DNA from: Chara braunii
Lineage: Eukaryota > Plantae > Charophyceae
Direction: 5' to 3'
Length of the DNA: 64,000 bases
NCBI GenBank assembly: GCA_003427395.1
Contig: BFEA01000007.1
Coordinates: forward strand, 3,629,078-3,693,077
In this document: positions 61,709 to 64,000 of the stretch, piece by piece
How positions within the stretch are numbered: the stretch's first letter is position 1
Layout of the letters: each line of letters starts with the position of its first letter
Notes under the pieces: generated by a model
Told to the model about the DNA's origin: nothing
The model's database searches: none
The model's input: the letters and a program-made list of their open reading frames with translations, nothing else
Made by a program: the position numbers and the translations under genes

Positions 61709-62478
61709 TGTAAGCCTTGACCGAACCTGGGCAATGTGAGACTCGATGGTAATGATTAGGTAATGGATTAGTGATAGAACCATGCGAGACCAGATCAACG
61801 CCGCACTAAGATATGTCCTGGTGATTCTGACACTACAGGTGTAGCGGACCTCGGGTTGGCCTGTGAGACCAGCCCCTTGGCCTGTTCTCACAGGCCTGTG
61901 TTGTATTCGGGGTAGGCCAGTCCAGGCCGGTACCTCTGTCGGTACCAGCCAGTCCAGTCCAGTCCTGTCAGTCCGCTGGGGTATACCCCATCCATTGTCT
62001 GTTTTCAGCCTCATTCTTCAGTTGCACATTTTGGAGTACGTGCGTTGGAGTCTGCGTGGGGAGCTGCGCTGTGCACCTTGCTCCCTCCTTCTTCCTCCAT
62101 CTCCATCTCTGTCACTAGCGGAGCACCATACCTGGTGGGTCTGCTACATTGGTATCGGAGCGGGAACGGTCCCCGCCCCCACCCACCACACAATACGACA
62201 AAACCCGACAGTCGGGTTTTTGGCTGTTTTTGGGGCGTTTTCGGGCGAAAAAGCGGGAAAAACAACGAAAAAAGGTGCTGCAGCAGGGGAGCTCCATGTG
62301 GCGAAAAATGAAGCTGCATCACGACGCGTGCGGGTGCTGCAGCAGGGGAGCTCCACGTGGCGAAAAAGGAAGCTGCATCTAGCGCCAAGGCCAAGGCCGC
62401 CGCATCACGCACACGCACGCGCCCACGCTGCCCCGCCCCGCTCCCAGATATATCTATATTTCAAGATTTGGGAGGCAG

Positions 62479-62551
62479 TTGTGGCTGCTGGGGTTTGAAC
62501 CCAGGCAGCTGCCAGGCTTGCGCGTGCGTATACCACTACCATAACACACTT
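62479..62551 (-). ncRNA. tRNA-His-derived module (pseudo-tRNA or SINE-like head)
   Basis: Minus strand: A-box-like TATGGTAGTGGT, 26 nt, then CCTGGGTTCAAACCCCAGCAGCCACA, which resembles the plant tRNA-His T-arm and acceptor 3' strand. The anticodon arm is degenerate. Confidence 0.55.
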
Positions 62552-64000
62552 GCCATAGTGTATCCATGACTTTATAGCACGGCACACTCGTGTTGAGGAG
62601 GTGCCGTGCTGTATTTACCCCCCCCCNNNNNNNNNNNNNNNNNNNNNNNNNNNNNNNNNNNNNNNNNNNNNNNNNNNNNNNNNNNNNNNNNNNNNNNNNN
62701 NNNNNNNNNNNNNNNNNNNNNNNNNNNNNNNNNNNNNNNNNNNNNNNNNNNNNNNNNNNNNNNNNNNNNNNNNNNNNNNNNNNNNNNNNNNNNNNNNNNN
62801 NNNNNNNNNNNNNNNNNNNNNNNNNNNNNNNNNNNNNNNNNNNNNNNNNNNNNNNNNNNNNNNNNNNNNNNNNNNNNNNNNNNNNNNNNNNNNNNNNNNN
62901 NNNNNNNNNNNNNNNNNNNNNNNNNNNNNNNNNNNNNNNNNNNNNNNNNNNNNNNNNNNNNNNNNNNNNNNNNNNNNNNNNNNNNNNNNNNNNNNNNNNN
63001 NNNNNNNNNNNNNNNNNNNNNNNNNNNNNNNNNNNNNNNNNNNNNNNNNNNNNNNNNNNNNNNNNNNNNNNNNNNNNNNNNNNNNNNNNNNNNNNNNNNN
63101 NNNNNNNNNNNNNNNNNNNNNNNNNNNNNNNNNNNNNNNNNNNNNNNNNNNNNNNNNNNNNNNNNNNNNNNNNNNNNNNNNNNNNNNNNNNNNNNNNNNN
63201 NNNNNNNNNNNNNNNNNNNNNNNNNNNNNNNNNNNNNNNNNNNNNNNNNNNNNNNNNNNNNNNNNNNNNNNNNNNNNNNNNNNNNNNNNNNNNNNNNNNN
63301 NNNNNNNNNNNNNNNNNNNNNNNNNNNNNNNNNNNNNNNNNNNNNNNNNNNNNNNNNNNNNNNNNNNNNNNNNNNNNNNNNNNNNNNNNNNNNNNNNNNN
63401 NNNNNNNNNNNNNNNNNNNNNNNNNNNNNNNNNNNNNNNNNNNNNNNNNNNNNNNNNNNNNNNNNNNNNNNNNNNNNNNNNNNNNNNNNNNNNNNNNNNN
63501 NNNNNNNNNNNNNNNNNTTCGACCCCATGGGGGTAACGAAATGCTGCCAAAAGTTTTGAAAAATCAGATAACCCATTTCTCTCCACCTCCTCACACACTT
63601 ATTTATTTATTTATTTATTTTCTGAAATTTCTTTTTATTATTTGCGGCATCTCTAGTGTGCTCACCTTGGTCTCTCCTTTTCCCTTGGCGCATTCTTGAC
63701 CTCGTGGGGGGTAGGGAAATGCTGCCGAAAATTTCAAAAAAATAAATATTGTTTTTTCCGTTTCCATCCTTTTACTTATTTCTTTAATTATTTTTATTAT
63801 TCATTTATTTCCTTAATTATTTTTATTTTCTCTCGAAATCTCGCTGTTTATTTATTTTTCTCCCGCTTCCCCCCCCCTATGCTTGCTCCTTTACTTTCTT
63901 GATTAGGTCACCGGTACCCTACCCTAACCACTTAAACCTCGGTTAGGGTTTTATTAGGGTTTTGTAGGGTTTAGGGTTCTTCACCCCCCCCCCCTACTTC

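Noticed and set aside
63940-63980. Telomere
   Set aside because: Only a few degenerate TAGGGTTT units, with non-telomeric sequence after them.

Overview
Repeat-rich eukaryotic nuclear DNA from a draft scaffold with N-gaps and a Nextera junction artefact. A streptophyte (plant or charophyte alga, Chara-like) is inferred from the F-box gene and the streptophyte-type mitochondrial nad6 insertion. About half the window is a nest of decayed L1-clade LINEs (five copies). Target-site duplications (TSDs) resolve the nesting. LINE-B (11099-33256) hosts a 7.4-kb non-coding T(A/G)...CA-bounded element, a Tourist-like MITE and LINE-C. LINE-A hosts a Mutator-like element. LINE-D sits inside an older relative, LINE-E. 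The only convincing host gene is a 4-exon F-box gene of the At4g35930/FBS type (36595-41147). The most unusual structure lies inside the 7.4-kb element: ten near-invariant 20-bp cores (CATTCRTCTTAGAAACAATG), each closed by a different but mostly pairing outer stem and separated by unique spacers (15410-16233). A second array of four covarying hairpins follows at 17989-18552. Also notable are a conserved, possibly Nudix-fold, C-terminal domain in the LINE ORF1 proteins, shared LINE 3' stem-loop signals, a chimeric nad6+rnl NUMT and a tRNA-His-derived module. All calls were made by eye; no searches were run.
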